NCBI RefSeq assembly: GCF_048593235.1
Contig: NC_133618.1
Span: 245,917,882-245,981,881 of the forward strand
Length of the DNA stretch: 64,000 nucleotides
Direction of reading: 5' to 3'
DNA from: Sminthopsis crassicaudata
Taxonomy: Eukaryota
Shown in pieces: positions 12,927 to 24,790 of this stretch. The position numbers and the translations under genes are program-made. Every line of letters starts with the position of its first letter. Position 1 is the first letter of the stretch. The notes under the pieces are model-generated. The model worked only from the letters and a program-made list of their open reading frames with translations, did not search any database and was not told the origin of the DNA.

Positions 12927-13140
12927 GAGTGTGGGACTTGTAATCAGAAACCTGGGTTTGAATCTTGGCTTCAATACTTACTAGCAGCATGACTTTGGGC
13001 AAGCCATTTGGCCACCTGAAGTTTAAGTTTGTTTATTTTAAATCTGTGAAATGGGTATAATAGTTTGTGTCATCATTTACCCTATAGGGTCATTGTGAGG
13101 AAAAAAACCTTGTAATCATTCAAAGGAATGTCAACCATTG
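12927..13140 (+). mobile_element. MIR
   Basis: cctgggtttgaatcttggcttcaatacttactagcagcatgactttgggcaagccattt...ctgtgaaatggg. Confidence 0.8.
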
Positions 13141-15284
13141 TTATTTCCCACAAGTATCATTATACAACAACTGATGTTTTGTTCCTATAACTTACTTTTA
13201 AGAGTCACTTCAAGTTCTTTCCATTCCAATGAACAAAGCATTTCATACCATTACAGACAATTGTATTTCAGAGATAAACTCTAGACTCAGCCAAATGTTG
13301 GCAGTTTCAAGAAGAAACAAGCTGAGGGAGAAAGAGCTAATCCCTGGGTCTCTTCATGTCATAAACATAAATATATTACAACAATTTGAATGTACCTCCT
13401 ATGAAATTAAGATCTGGTATTGAAAGCCTTCCTCAGGTTTGTTCATCATTCCTTAAATAGGAATAAAATGTAGGTGGAATTCTCAAGGGCAAGATACAAA
13501 CTGATATTAGAGATTTAGGAGACCTGAATATGAATCCCAACTCTGCCAGCAACTAGTTATACAGCCTTAGGTAATACAATTCCCCTCACTTCCCTACAAT
13601 TTCACCTTCATTCAGATGAAAGGATTGGATTAGACAGCCTCTGAGGTGTCTTACCAGCTTCAACATCCTGTATTTTATAGACCTCTTCTAGGTTTAATAT
13701 TACATAATCTGTTCTCTGAGTTCCTTTCTAACATCTTTCTAACATCTGCTGCCTACATGTCCCTTGTCCTTCCTTTTCAAAGAAAACCAATGACATCATG
13801 GGGTGATGTCTTGATTTATACATGAAATGAGGCACAATTGCACAGTCATGTAAATGCATCTATTATGTATAAATATTTATATATGATGATTCCCTCATTA
13901 GAATGCCAGCCTCTTGAGGACAGTCTATTTTTGCTTTTTCTATGTATCCCCAGCATTTAGCACACAGGATAGGAGGTAGTAAGTCCTTGATACTTGTTGA
14001 TTACAATATTGGAGAGAATTGCCCGATCACTGAATTTACAGTATCTTTGAAATGCTGTTTTGTGATCACAATGCACTCTGAGGCCCCATGAATACAAAAT
14101 GAGTTACTGATGTTCAGCCTCTCCTTCTCAGTTTCTGGTATCATTTAATGTCTTTGGAGTATTCCTCAGGAATGACCATCATCAAATAACAAAAGAGAGG
14201 TCATATGTGGCTTTCTTTTGGATATCTTCCTTGTTCTGTTTCTCAAGGTTGCTGTAACCTAAGAAACCATTTCCTCACATACTTTGGGTTTAGGTTGATC
14301 TCTCTGTAAGTTCATAGTTGTTCTAAAAAAGCTTAATCTTTCTCATGAAAAACATTTATGGGAATGGAGCTGGATTTCACCGAACTGTTCTGTGATACCA
14401 ATTCTTAAGTCAAATATTTTTAAAAATCTGTTTAAAATATTTTCAGTGATAGATCAAAATAGGTCCTGTAAGAGCCATTGATATAAAGAGAGTGATTCCC
14501 AGATTATTACTATTCAGAGTTCATGAGAAAGATTGATATGTATGAAAAAGCAGCTTTTTACATTTCCCACACAACTGGAATGGTTGCTTCCTGCTCAGTT
14601 TTCTCAAGAATTACTTCATGAGAGAGAAAAAAATTAAGTCATCATTTCAGATCTATTGTTCCATAGTTTTGATTTTTAGAAGCACAATTGTCTATATTTT
14701 GAGGGGCAAATGAGAGAATTCTCCTCATTAGTCTTGAACCTCTTGAAGAAAAGATAGAGATTTTCTAAGCAAAATGACCAAGTCAATGACATTTTATCTT
14801 CAAGGCCCCTCGAGTTCTCTTTTTGAGCCCTTTGCCTACATCCATGACAAGGAATTCTTGTTTCCCTACAAAATTTAGATGGGAACAGAGTTTGGAATTA
14901 CTAGCTAAATACCAGTATGGGTCTAAATGCCAGCATAGGGCACCAAAATATGAATTCAAGCAGGATACTCTTTAATCTCTAATCAAACTTTGGAGAAAAG
15001 ACAAGTGGAATTAACAAGATTGAATATGAAGCCTCTGGTTAGTGGAAAGCTAAACTCTTAAAAAGTTAATATCTGTAAACTAATCTAACAAGGTTGGACT
15101 ACCCATAGTCTTTCTTGGTTACTCCTGAGGGTGAATTGAAGGATCTTTTTTGTTTTTCTAGGGGGATTGTCTTATACTTTCATTTTCATTCTCATGATTT
15201 TGGGAAGCATTTAGAGAATTATAGCTTCTAGAATTAAAGAAATTATAGATTCTGAATTCTATCCTGGTTGAAATATTGAGCTCA

Positions 15285-15755
15285 GCTCTAGTGGACATAG
15301 TTAGGAAAAGCTTTGATTAGTCGGCAAATTTTCACAAGATGGCAATCAAAATCGTGAAAGTCCTTGAATCTACAACTAATGAAATTTGATGGAAAGAACT
15401 TGGGCTAATAATCCTGGAGAAGAGATGGCTTAAAGATATGGAGGAGAGCATGATAGTAACTGTTGCTAAGTATTTGAATGACTATGAGTGGAAAAAGAAT
15501 TAGGTTTATTTTATTTGGCCCCAGGGGCAGAAGCAAGAGCAAGATACAGATTTGAGCATGTTGCCAAGAAAAACTTCCTAACAATCAGAGATGTCCAAAA
15601 ATGCAACACACTTCCCTAGAAGGTCTCTATCATTGGAAATTTTCACCTAAAGGTTTGATGATTACTCATCATTTATATTACACTGAAGATTCTTTTTCAA
15701 AGAGAGGTTAGGATCAGCTAAACACTGAAATATCTTCTAAAATTACAATTCTAAA
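15285..15755 (+). mobile_element. L3/CR1 3' region
   Basis: cctggagaagagatggc...aagtatttgaa...ttggccccaggggcagaa...aagaaaaacttcctaacaatcagagatgtccaaaa. Confidence 0.8.
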
Positions 15756-16959
15756 AGTGAGAGGCTGATCTCTTTTTTTGGAATTTTTTATAGCAGGGAG
15801 AAGGGTGGAAGAATAATTTTCAGAGGAGTTCTTATGAGAGACAAAACTTGCATCTAGTACAATAACTCTAAATTATGGGTTGTAAATTCTGAAAGAATGA
15901 AAATCTGCAGCCACTTGAAAAGGGAGAAATAGAAGGGCTAGGCCATGTGATGCTCAAGTGAAGTTCCCTAAGAGTGACTGTTCCTTGCTCAACAGATAAC
16001 AGCAGCCAGGAATTCCTAGTTATGCCTCTGGGAAAAGGGTTCAGAAGGGAAAAGCTGGATAGGGGGATGAGGATGGGCTACAGCTTGAGAATAAACTTCA
16101 TTGGCTTGACTATTTTGCTTGGAAAGACTATCTCTTCTTCCAATAGAAAGAATGATAGTGTTTCTGCAGAATTACATGGAAGAAGCAGAGATTGCTTTCT
16201 CATGTGTTGCTAAAAGGTAGATTTTGTGCAATAGTCTTACTATCTACCCCTCCATCCCCCCAACCTCCTTTAAGGTTCTAGATTTCCAGTGCAGTGGGAT
16301 CACAGAATCTGACCTTTATCCAGGGAATGGAGATTTCTTGAGCAGCACCAGCTTTAGGAGTTACCTTGAGGGTAATTCCAAGTTCAAGAATTCAGAGACC
16401 TGATCTTTGAGAGAGGAATTCCTGTGAAACATCCTTTTTAAAGAGGATGCTTACCTGTATGGTCTCTGCAGCCTCAGGAATACTGCAGATCAAAGCCATA
16501 TCATAATGAAAAGGGCAAGAGAATAATCCCCTGCACTTTTGGACAGAATAATGTAATGAGGGGTTGGAGGGAGCTGGATAATGAGGATATAGTGTATGTT
16601 TAATGTACTCTGCCTGGTATTGTTCCACATGGAAGTTTCACGAGCTTGCTTCCAGAAATGCATTATGTGATTTAGAGGCCCTTGATTCAGGACATACACA
16701 AGGATTCTTTAACTGTTTTCTCTTGGCTTACTTCATGAAATTGAAAAGCCTTTTAATTGGCTGCTGAGCTGGAAATGAGTATGATTACAAAAGGCTTGAA
16801 TCAATAAAAGCACTCTCTCATCCCTGGTAACTTTGGAGAGAGGAGGAAGAACAACTGTTGTGAGCCTCTAGGTAGTAGATGGGCTTTGAACTCTCTCTCA
16901 CACAGTAGCCATGGGGCCAAAAATGTGTGATCCTACTCTTATTTTTTTTTTCTGACTTT

Positions 16960-17445
16960 ATTGTGTGTCTTATTTCCTGACTTTAAGTGAATGAATTTTT
17001 GAGACACCACAGATCTAGTTATAATCTTTTGAGCTAAGTCAGAAAAGTCCCCTTAAATACAGCAAAGAAAATATGGCAGAGGCTGCCAAAAACCATTACA
17101 AGGATAGTCCCATGGGAACCAGCTTGTCAGCAAATCATCTGAGATATTAGGTCTTGAGTGCAAGTGAGTGACACATCCATCTACTATGCCCACACCCAGA
17201 AGTGAACATGGTGGCTAGCACATTAAGCTAAAACTAACCATCCTCAGGAGCCAAGGTGTGGAGGAGAGTAGGCTTTTGGTATGAAATGTTTTTGTATTTC
17301 TATCCTTGCTATATTTCCTCATTAAATATTCCTTTGTAAAAGTTAGTCAATATTCAGTAATTTGTATCAAAGAGACATCAAATTGTTAAGTTGATATTTG
17401 TGTTAACTGATCATTTGAAATAATGAATAGGGGCTGTGAATTACA
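16960..17445 (+). mobile_element. Possible old solo LTR
   Basis: ATTAAA followed by a T-rich U5-like stretch ending ...ggggctgtgaattaca (CA terminus). The 5' boundary and TSD were not resolved. Confidence 0.3.
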
Positions 17446-17569
17446 GTACTAGAAAAGATACACCAAACTCTCAGGGTTACTACTAGAACTCTTAGGGAAG
17501 AAGTAGCTAGTTGAACTCAGGACTCAAACCCTGTTTTGGTAGGAAAAAAGTAAGAAATAATCATTTATT

Positions 17570-17790
17570 AAACACTTACTGTATGCTAGGCACTGTGCGA
17601 AGTGCTCTACAAATGTTTAATTTGAACCTCACTAAAAATTGGTAAATAGGTGCTATTATTATCTCCATTTTGCAACTGAATAAAATGAGAAATAAATACA
17701 AAATGATTTATGTACAGTCACTTAACTAGTGTCCAAAATTAGATTTGAATTCGGGTCTTTGAACTGACTCCATGCCCAACTTTATTCATT
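17570..17790 (-). mobile_element. MIR
   Basis: aaacacttactgtatgctaggcactgtgc...gtgctattattatctccattttgcaactga...gatttgaattcgggtc. Confidence 0.75.
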
Positions 17791-18456
17791 ATAGGTTCCT
17801 AGTAGGAGTTGGGAGAATCAAGAAATCTGTATTTTTGGAAACAGAATTAACAAGTTGTCCTCTTGAGACACTGTGAGACTGTTAGTCACAGGTGAGCTAG
17901 GAAAAATTGACAGGAGGTTTCATATCAGTTAGGTAAATGAACCAAAAGAAAGTGATTGACCGCTATGTCCTAGGATTACAGATTTAGAGCTGGGAAGAAA
18001 CCTAAGAGTGTTAGTTTAATTTTCTTTTTTCAGAGGAGGGCATTGAGGCCAGAGAATTTTAGTGACTTACTGAAAATTACACAGGTAGTAAGAGGCAGAG
18101 GGGCGACCAATTCAAAGACTGCTCCTCTTTCTACCATACTGTTTATATTAATTCTGACTCAACAAAGCTAACGGAAATAAATGGGATGGGAGAACACAGT
18201 GAGAACTGACTTGCTCTTGTGTCTTATAAATGTCCTCCATTTACTAACTTGTAAATTATGAGAGGCATTATTCAGAAAAATGCTTGTTGTTCACCATTAA
18301 TTCCACAATACTTTTCTTTAAGGTTCTAACATTTGTCTTTTACAATAAGTCTAGAAGAATTCCCTTGGAAGCATCTTCTTTGACTTTTTAGTCACACTTA
18401 TTATATGAAATAAGGAACATTCACTAGGATAATGTTTTTGATTATGAACCCATTTC

Positions 18457-18603
18457 TTTTTTTTTTAATTATTTATTTATTGCTGAGACAATTGGGGTTA
18501 AGTGACTTGCACAAGGTCACACAGCTAGGAAGTATTAAGTGTTGAGATTTGAACTCAGGTCCTCCTGACTTCAGTTCTATCCACTGCACCACCTACCTAC
18601 CCC
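18457..18603 (-). mobile_element. WSINE1-like short tRNA-derived SINE
   Basis: caattggggttaagtgacttgcacaaggtcacacagctaggaagtattaagtg...atccactgcaccacctacctacccc, with poly-T and TSD catttcttt (18451-18459 / 18607-18615). Confidence 0.88.
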
Positions 18604-19278
18604 TCACATTTCTTTAGGAGGAAAAGGTTTTAAAATTTGTTAGCAATGTTGGGACTTCATCATTCATTCCTTTTCTTCATTCTAATGTTATATGACATAG
18701 CTCCTGTCCTAAATAAAGCTTGTTAGTATGGGATGCTCTCTTTTTTGATGAAGATGAAGTCCCTGCCCTTATTTTTCCTGTTTCAGGACTTGCATGAATA
18801 TCCTACTGGGATATTCCTACTGGGGCAGGGCAGAACTGGAGAGAGAGGTGAGGAATATAATTCTTTCTCAATGAAAGGTAATGGGGGAGAAGACTATTTT
18901 GCTTCCCTTTGAGCCATATGACAGCCCCCTTGCCATGCCTGGGCCCTTTTCTATACATGGGTTTCTCTCTTTCTTTGCTACAATGGTAAACAAGAAACAG
19001 GTTTTCCTACAATCTCTAGCAAACACAGAGGAATACCATGAAAAAATTTTTTCACTGGATATTTCCCAAACATGTAAATTGCAACTTAATGAGCGCATCC
19101 TTGTCTGCCTGTGGAAATATTGACTGGGTTAATTTAATTTAACTGGGTTAAATAATAACAAGTTATTGTCATTGGTGGAAGAACAATGCAATCATGATAT
19201 AGTTAATGAAAATAATAGAGCATATGTAACTTGAATAACAGCCTTGCTTGTTCACAACAATTAGCAAAGAAGAATTCA

Positions 19279-19591
19279 TTTCTCTTTTCTTTTTTTGAGA
19301 CTAGGTCTCCATATCACATCCAGACTGGAAGTGGAACAATCACTTATTGGTCTGATTTCAATACTGATTGACACAGAAGCTTTAATCTCCTCCATCTTTC
19401 AGACCTGGACCTGTTTGCTCCACCTTAGGCAGCCTTATGATTTTCCTCTCTACAATAATGGTAAAGGACACAGAGTGGAGCCCTGATTAGCTTTAGTCGT
19501 TCTGTAGTTCAGAATCCTCAATCTCAAGCTATTCACTAGCTTCTGCCTCCAAAGCAGCTGAAGGTTAAGGCATGTGACATCATATTAGTCT
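19279..19591 (-). mobile_element. Second 7SL-derived retroposon, full length
   Basis: Reverse complement reads ...cacatgccttaaccttcagctgctttggaggcagaagc...ggctgcctaaggtggag...ggtccaggtctgaaa...ccagtctggatgtgatatggagacctagtctc-A tail. Diverged TSD aagaattcatttct (19270-19283) / aacaactaatttct (19594-19607). Confidence 0.85.
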
Positions 19592-21984
19592 AGAACAACT
19601 AATTTCTTTATTAAACTGCCTTCTTGCTTCCTGTTTAAAATAATTTTCAGTTCTTCTTAATGCTTTTCTAAGACTCTATTATTTCAAAACAGAGGTTAAC
19701 GAACTTGGGAAGAAGAATATAATGAATACAACAGAGATTTTTTTCATTCATAGTTCTAACATTAGACACAAATACGAGGCATCTTACTATTGTATTGCCA
19801 CATTACTACAAAGGTCTATAGGATAGTCTTGTACAAGTTTCTGATGAGATTCACTTTATTGTTTCCAGCAATTTGGCACATAGTCAGTAGATATTTAATA
19901 AATACTTATTGATTGAATAATTTCTGCCACAGATCCTTGTAATAATCATCTTACTCACCTGGATTCACATGTTACAGTGGGAAATATGATTTGAGTTCCT
20001 ATCTACGGCTCTAATAATAGATCAAGGAGGAGCCAAAAATCAAATACCAAAATATTTAATTGAAACAGAATACTAAACTATAAAGTAAGAAAATACCACA
20101 CATTTGCATTATTCTGAATCTCCATGTACAAATGAGTACTAGGTCCTACGGACTCACACTGGTGGAGAAGGGAACAAATTCTTGGATATCTCACATTCTG
20201 AAGTAAGGAAGGGCTTCAGTGCTACATCTGGCACATGGTAAATGCTTAACAAATGCTAGTCAATTTGTTGATTTATCGATCTGTTTTTCATTGTCTTTGG
20301 AAAAATCAATCTATGTTCACAGCTGTCATCTGCTGAAGACCTGCCCTTGGCCACTGCCAATGCTTCCCAAAGGGGCATTTAATGCTTCTCTACTTTTTCT
20401 TCTGCTATTAATACTACCATGCTGCTCCTTCTGGGAAGTGTCATTGTTCTTTTAGAGTGAGACCAGATGGGATAACATGCCTTAGGCCTGATCATCATTT
20501 TCTCAACTCTATTGTGACTTAGTTTCATCCTAGTTAGTCAAGAAAAAGACCACTCAGGTGGCTAAGACTTCCATTCTTTGTCCCTTTGAAAGAAAAGTCC
20601 CTTGGTAGCTTTTAGTTCTAGCATAGTAAAGACAAATGAGTATTTGTCACTGTTCTACTTAGGTTTGGGCAGCATCTATCTTTTCCTCTCCATCTGTTTC
20701 ATACTTTTTGGTCATTTCTCCCCAGTTCAGAGATTGTCCCTGCAAACTGATACTCAGGAAATACTCCAAAGACTGGAAAGGAAGGACACAAACAAGCAAA
20801 ATCCTATTTTCTGTCTCATAAGGAGGTTGAAAATGTCTAACATGTTGTTGTTTCTAAATCCTATTCATGAATAAATTGTTAGGCTGGAGGCTACTTACAG
20901 CAGATATGCTGTATTCAGCTGTCAAAACAGATGTTCAGAGCGAGAAACACCCAATTCACCCACAAGAACATCTATCTCAATTCCTTTTTACAGATCAGGA
21001 AATTGAGGATCAGAGAAAATAAAAAATGTGCTGAACAAGGATTAGTAGATTGGCATTGCTTTTGCCATTGCAAACATTTCTCTTAAGTAATTTTCCTATG
21101 TATGACAACATGTGTTTGTGGGATGTCTCAAACTAGACCATAAGCTCCTTGAAGACATACTTGATGCAGAATGGATGCACTTTCTCTTCCCCACACACAC
21201 TTCAATTTCTTGTGCCTACATTGAAGAAGCAGTAAGAATTACTTCTCAGAACCCATTACTTATCTATGAAACCTTTTGAAGGGAGGCTGTCACACGGTGC
21301 TTTCAGAAAATTGATCTTGACCTTTCAGTTTTCCAAAGCCAGCATTTTGGAAAAACTCATTGCTATGACTAGTGAGACATAAATGCATTGTGTAACATAA
21401 ACATGACATAAAACTTGGGCCAAACTCAGTTAATGACTTCCCCCTTCCTGAAGAATCATATTCTTACTTTATAAAATGAGGTCTATGTTTTTTCACATAT
21501 TTTAATATTTTAAAACCCAAACATTTTAAATAACAACACTATATACACATTAAAATTATAATATTAAACATATTAAAAGGACAAGATTTATGTTTTTGAA
21601 TATTTAAATATTTTAGAATCCAAGTATTTTGAATAATAAAAATTTGATATACAGATTTACCCCTTGTTCCTTTTCTCCATCAACTCTGAGACAGGATTTA
21701 TTTTTAAAAAAGTCATAGTGGTACTGATGAAATTGTCTTGTAAAAGTACATTAAAAAAAAGATACCACCTTGTAGCAACCCTGTGCATTTAGTCAAGGGA
21801 GACTACTTTATAAAATTTCATGTAATATCACATACTATGCCATGTATTTTATGGTCATCAAAATCATGTTTTCAAAATTTCATTGGAGTGGATAATCCCT
21901 CATCTATCTTAGTACACTTTCATAAGTTGGCTTGTGTCCACCTTCTGATGAGTTTCTCTTCAACGAATAATAATTATTGTTAAC

Positions 21985-22200
21985 ATTTATATAATTCTTT
22001 AAGGTTTGCAAAATTCTTACAAATATTTCTCTTTTAATACTCTTTTAAAACTTTAGGAAGTAGGTGATATTATTATCCTCATTTTACAGATGAAGAAACT
22101 GAAGCAGAAAGAGATTAAGTGATCAGGCCAGAATAGGAAGATAGTAAGTATCTAAGACCAGATTTGAACTAAAATTTTCCTGATTTGAGGTTGAGCATGA
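21985..22200 (-). mobile_element. MIR
   Basis: attattatcctcattttacagatgaagaaactgaagcagaaagagattaagtga...ccagatttgaac. Confidence 0.8.
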
Positions 22201-22220
22201 AGGTATGCACCACTTACTGA

Positions 22221-22830
22221 CATTTGGGGTACAATTTCAAATTGTTTCCACAGTGGCTGGACCAGCAGTACATTCATGTATTTATTTCCTTACAATCCTT
22301 CTACCATTTGTATTTTTCTCTTTTGTCAGCTTTTTCTGATCTGATGAGTACGAGGTAAAACCTCAGAATTGCTTTTATTTGTGTTTCTCTAATATTAGTT
22401 ATTAGATCAGAAGTGTCAAACAGCATGACCACTGGTCACATGAGAACCTCTACATTCCCAAGAGTTGATTGAACCAGATTAAAATGTAATTGGGAAATAT
22501 TTAACAAAATAAATAAAAAATATAATAAAGTCAATAAGAAACCCACAGAGATTCTTATGGCCCTCATTTCTATTTAAATTTAATACCACTGATTTAGAGC
22601 ATTTTTTCATATGGTTGTTGACAGCTTGGATTACGTCCTTTGAAAAATACCTTTTCATATCATTTGTTCACTATTGGAGAATGGCTCTTATAATGATCAT
22701 TTGAGTCAATTACTTCAATATCCTGGATATACTACTTTTATCTAAGAAACTTATTCCAAAGATTTCCCTCCCAGTTATCTATTTTCCTTTTCTTATTAAC
22801 TGCATTAACTTTGGCAAATGGTTTTCTCAA
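22221..22830 (-). mobile_element. Old L1 ORF2 3' fragment, interrupted by a hAT MITE
   Basis: aaacctcagaattgcttttatttgtgtttctctaatattag|...|atttagagcattttttcatatggttgttgacagcttggatt is antisense L1 ORF2 sequence. Confidence 0.75.
22408..22591 (+). mobile_element. hAT MITE with terminal inverted repeats, nested in L1
   Basis: Left TIR cagaagtgtcaaac; right TIR tttaataccactg (consensus cagtggtgtcaaac). TSD-like attagat (22401-22407) / atttagag (22592-22599). Confidence 0.8.
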
Positions 22831-22843
22831 ATAATATAATCAA

Positions 22844-23530
22844 GGTGAGGGGGAAGGATATAGGATGACAGCTAGCAGGGATAATAGGATCAAGTGAGAG
22901 TTGTTTTGTTTTGTTTTTTAGAATGGGGGAGTCATAATCATGTTCTTTGGAAATAGAAGGAGATAAAATAATAAATAAATGGCTTTGTTAAGAAGGGCCA
23001 TATCTTCACAAGAGAAAGCACTGAAGGAATAAATAGTGGGACGAAGATGTCTGAATGATGTAAGATGAAAAATAAGGGAAAACTCTAAGGGAATAGATTA
23101 AATTTTTTTCAGTAAAGTATTTAATAAATACTTCATCTGAGAGGGTGAGAGAAGAGGGGCACACTGTAAGAGGCTGAATAGACGTAAGATGAGTTGTAAC
23201 AGCTGCACAACAGTTAGGGAGAGTCAGATATTGAATTAATTAGAGAGAAGAAGAATAATCGCCTTGCTGCAGTAGGAGCTCAAGTGAGATTAAATAGCAT
23301 AAATTTGTACTTGACCCAATCATCACAGTTTGTAATTTCCTCTGGCTCATTTTAGTAATACAGGAATAGGAATAAAAAGAGGGAGGAACCCAAGATTAGG
23401 GTTTGCCAAGACATGATATGTGACAGGACAAGGGGCAAAGAACAAGGCTAGGGAGCATTAGTCATATGGAAAGAAAGAATGATAAAAGATTATGATCAGA
23501 CAAAGGAATTTCAGAGTTTGTGAACATGTG
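22844..23530 (-). mobile_element. L2 internal fragment
   Basis: Purine-rich plus strand typical of antisense L2 (ggatgacagctagcagggat...gggatcaagtgag..., caaaggaatttcagagtttgtgaacatg). Confidence 0.6.
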
Positions 23531-24377
23531 ATATTTATTAGATATTTAGTATTTAATATTTAGTAAATATGTTAAATTTCAGTGCAAAGCACTGAACTGA
23601 GAGCTGGGGAGATAAAAAAGAAATATCAGATACTCCCTCTTCTGAAGGAAGTTACATTTTGATGCAGAGATGATACATACTATAGGATATTTCAGCTTCA
23701 AGTCAGATGGAAAGGCCAAGTGATGTTTAGAGTATAGTGATGAAATAGATGGTAATGCATAGTTTTAAATATAATTTCCATCAACAACTTTACTAATAGA
23801 GAACCATTTGACAATGGCAAGGACTTTGGTGGTGAGGATTTTCTTTTTCAAGTTTTCAGGATCTTTGATTCTTGAGGACTTGCACAAAGATTGTTTCTTC
23901 TGTGATGACTACAGAGGAATTGCCTGAAAGCAGGAGAATCTTCTAGGAACATTTTTTTTAATTAATAGGACTCTTGTTTGTAGGATCTTGGGCTATCTGC
24001 ACTAGGGTCTGAAAGGAAATGGTTATGGTAGTAGTAACAGTGGTTTGACCCACCTCACATATGATATTTCCTATTCCTTCTTCAGAATGCCTTACTAAAG
24101 AAAGTTAAAAAAAAAGTACTACTAAGCCATTCTACTTTACTTTTTTTACTCTAGCCAGAAAAAACAGGGTTAAAGGTTAAATTTCTTTTAGCAAGTTAGT
24201 CTAGTATAGCAATAAGACATTACCAAAGAGAGCGATAAGTATAGTTATACTGTTTTATAGTAAATAAATAATAGAGAAACAAAGTAAATGTAATGCTTGA
24301 GGGAGGGAAAGTAACATGGCAAAAAAGAAAAGTGAAAAAATGTAAATATAAATTCCTATACTTAGGTTCCAAAAACC

Positions 24378-24790
24378 TACTCCACTTTATCCTGATCAGA
24401 CCATATCTAAACAGTTGTCAGTTTGGGACAACACATTTTGGGAAAGACATTGACAAACTGGAGAGAATGGAGGCATTGAGGATGTTTAACTTGAGAGATG
24501 AAAGTGGACTGCCTTCAAGTATTTGAGAAGCTGACATGTAGAAAAAGGATTAGACATTTTTTGTTTAGCCCTAAATGAGAGATTTAGCATCAAAGAGTAG
24601 AAGCTACAGGGATAAAATGAAGGTTCCTAACAATCAAAGTTGTTTCAAGATGGAAAGGACCCATGCAGGAAATCACCCAAAAGTTCTTCATCAATGAACA
24701 TTTTAATAAACTGTTGGATTATTTGTTGGCAATATTGTAGGAAAGATTCCTGTTCAGTTATTGGGGTAGAGAATCTCTGAATTCATGCTG
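24378..24790 (+). mobile_element. L3/CR1 3' region
   Basis: cacattttgggaaagacattgacaaactggagag...cttcaagtatttgagaagctgacatgtagaaaaaggattagac...ttcctaacaatcaaag. Confidence 0.8.

Noticed and set aside
16455-16482. 28-nt minus exon candidate with CAG|gtaagc donor
   Set aside because: Good donor, but isolated and not linkable to a recognisable product; such sites are expected by chance. The same applies to candidates near 3590-3661(-), 7517-7610(-), 20895-20914(-), 20727(+), 34002(+), 34617(+) and 42082-42161(+).
21765-21781. Second CTCF-like motif (GCTACAAGGTGGTATC)
   Set aside because: Mismatches at key core positions.
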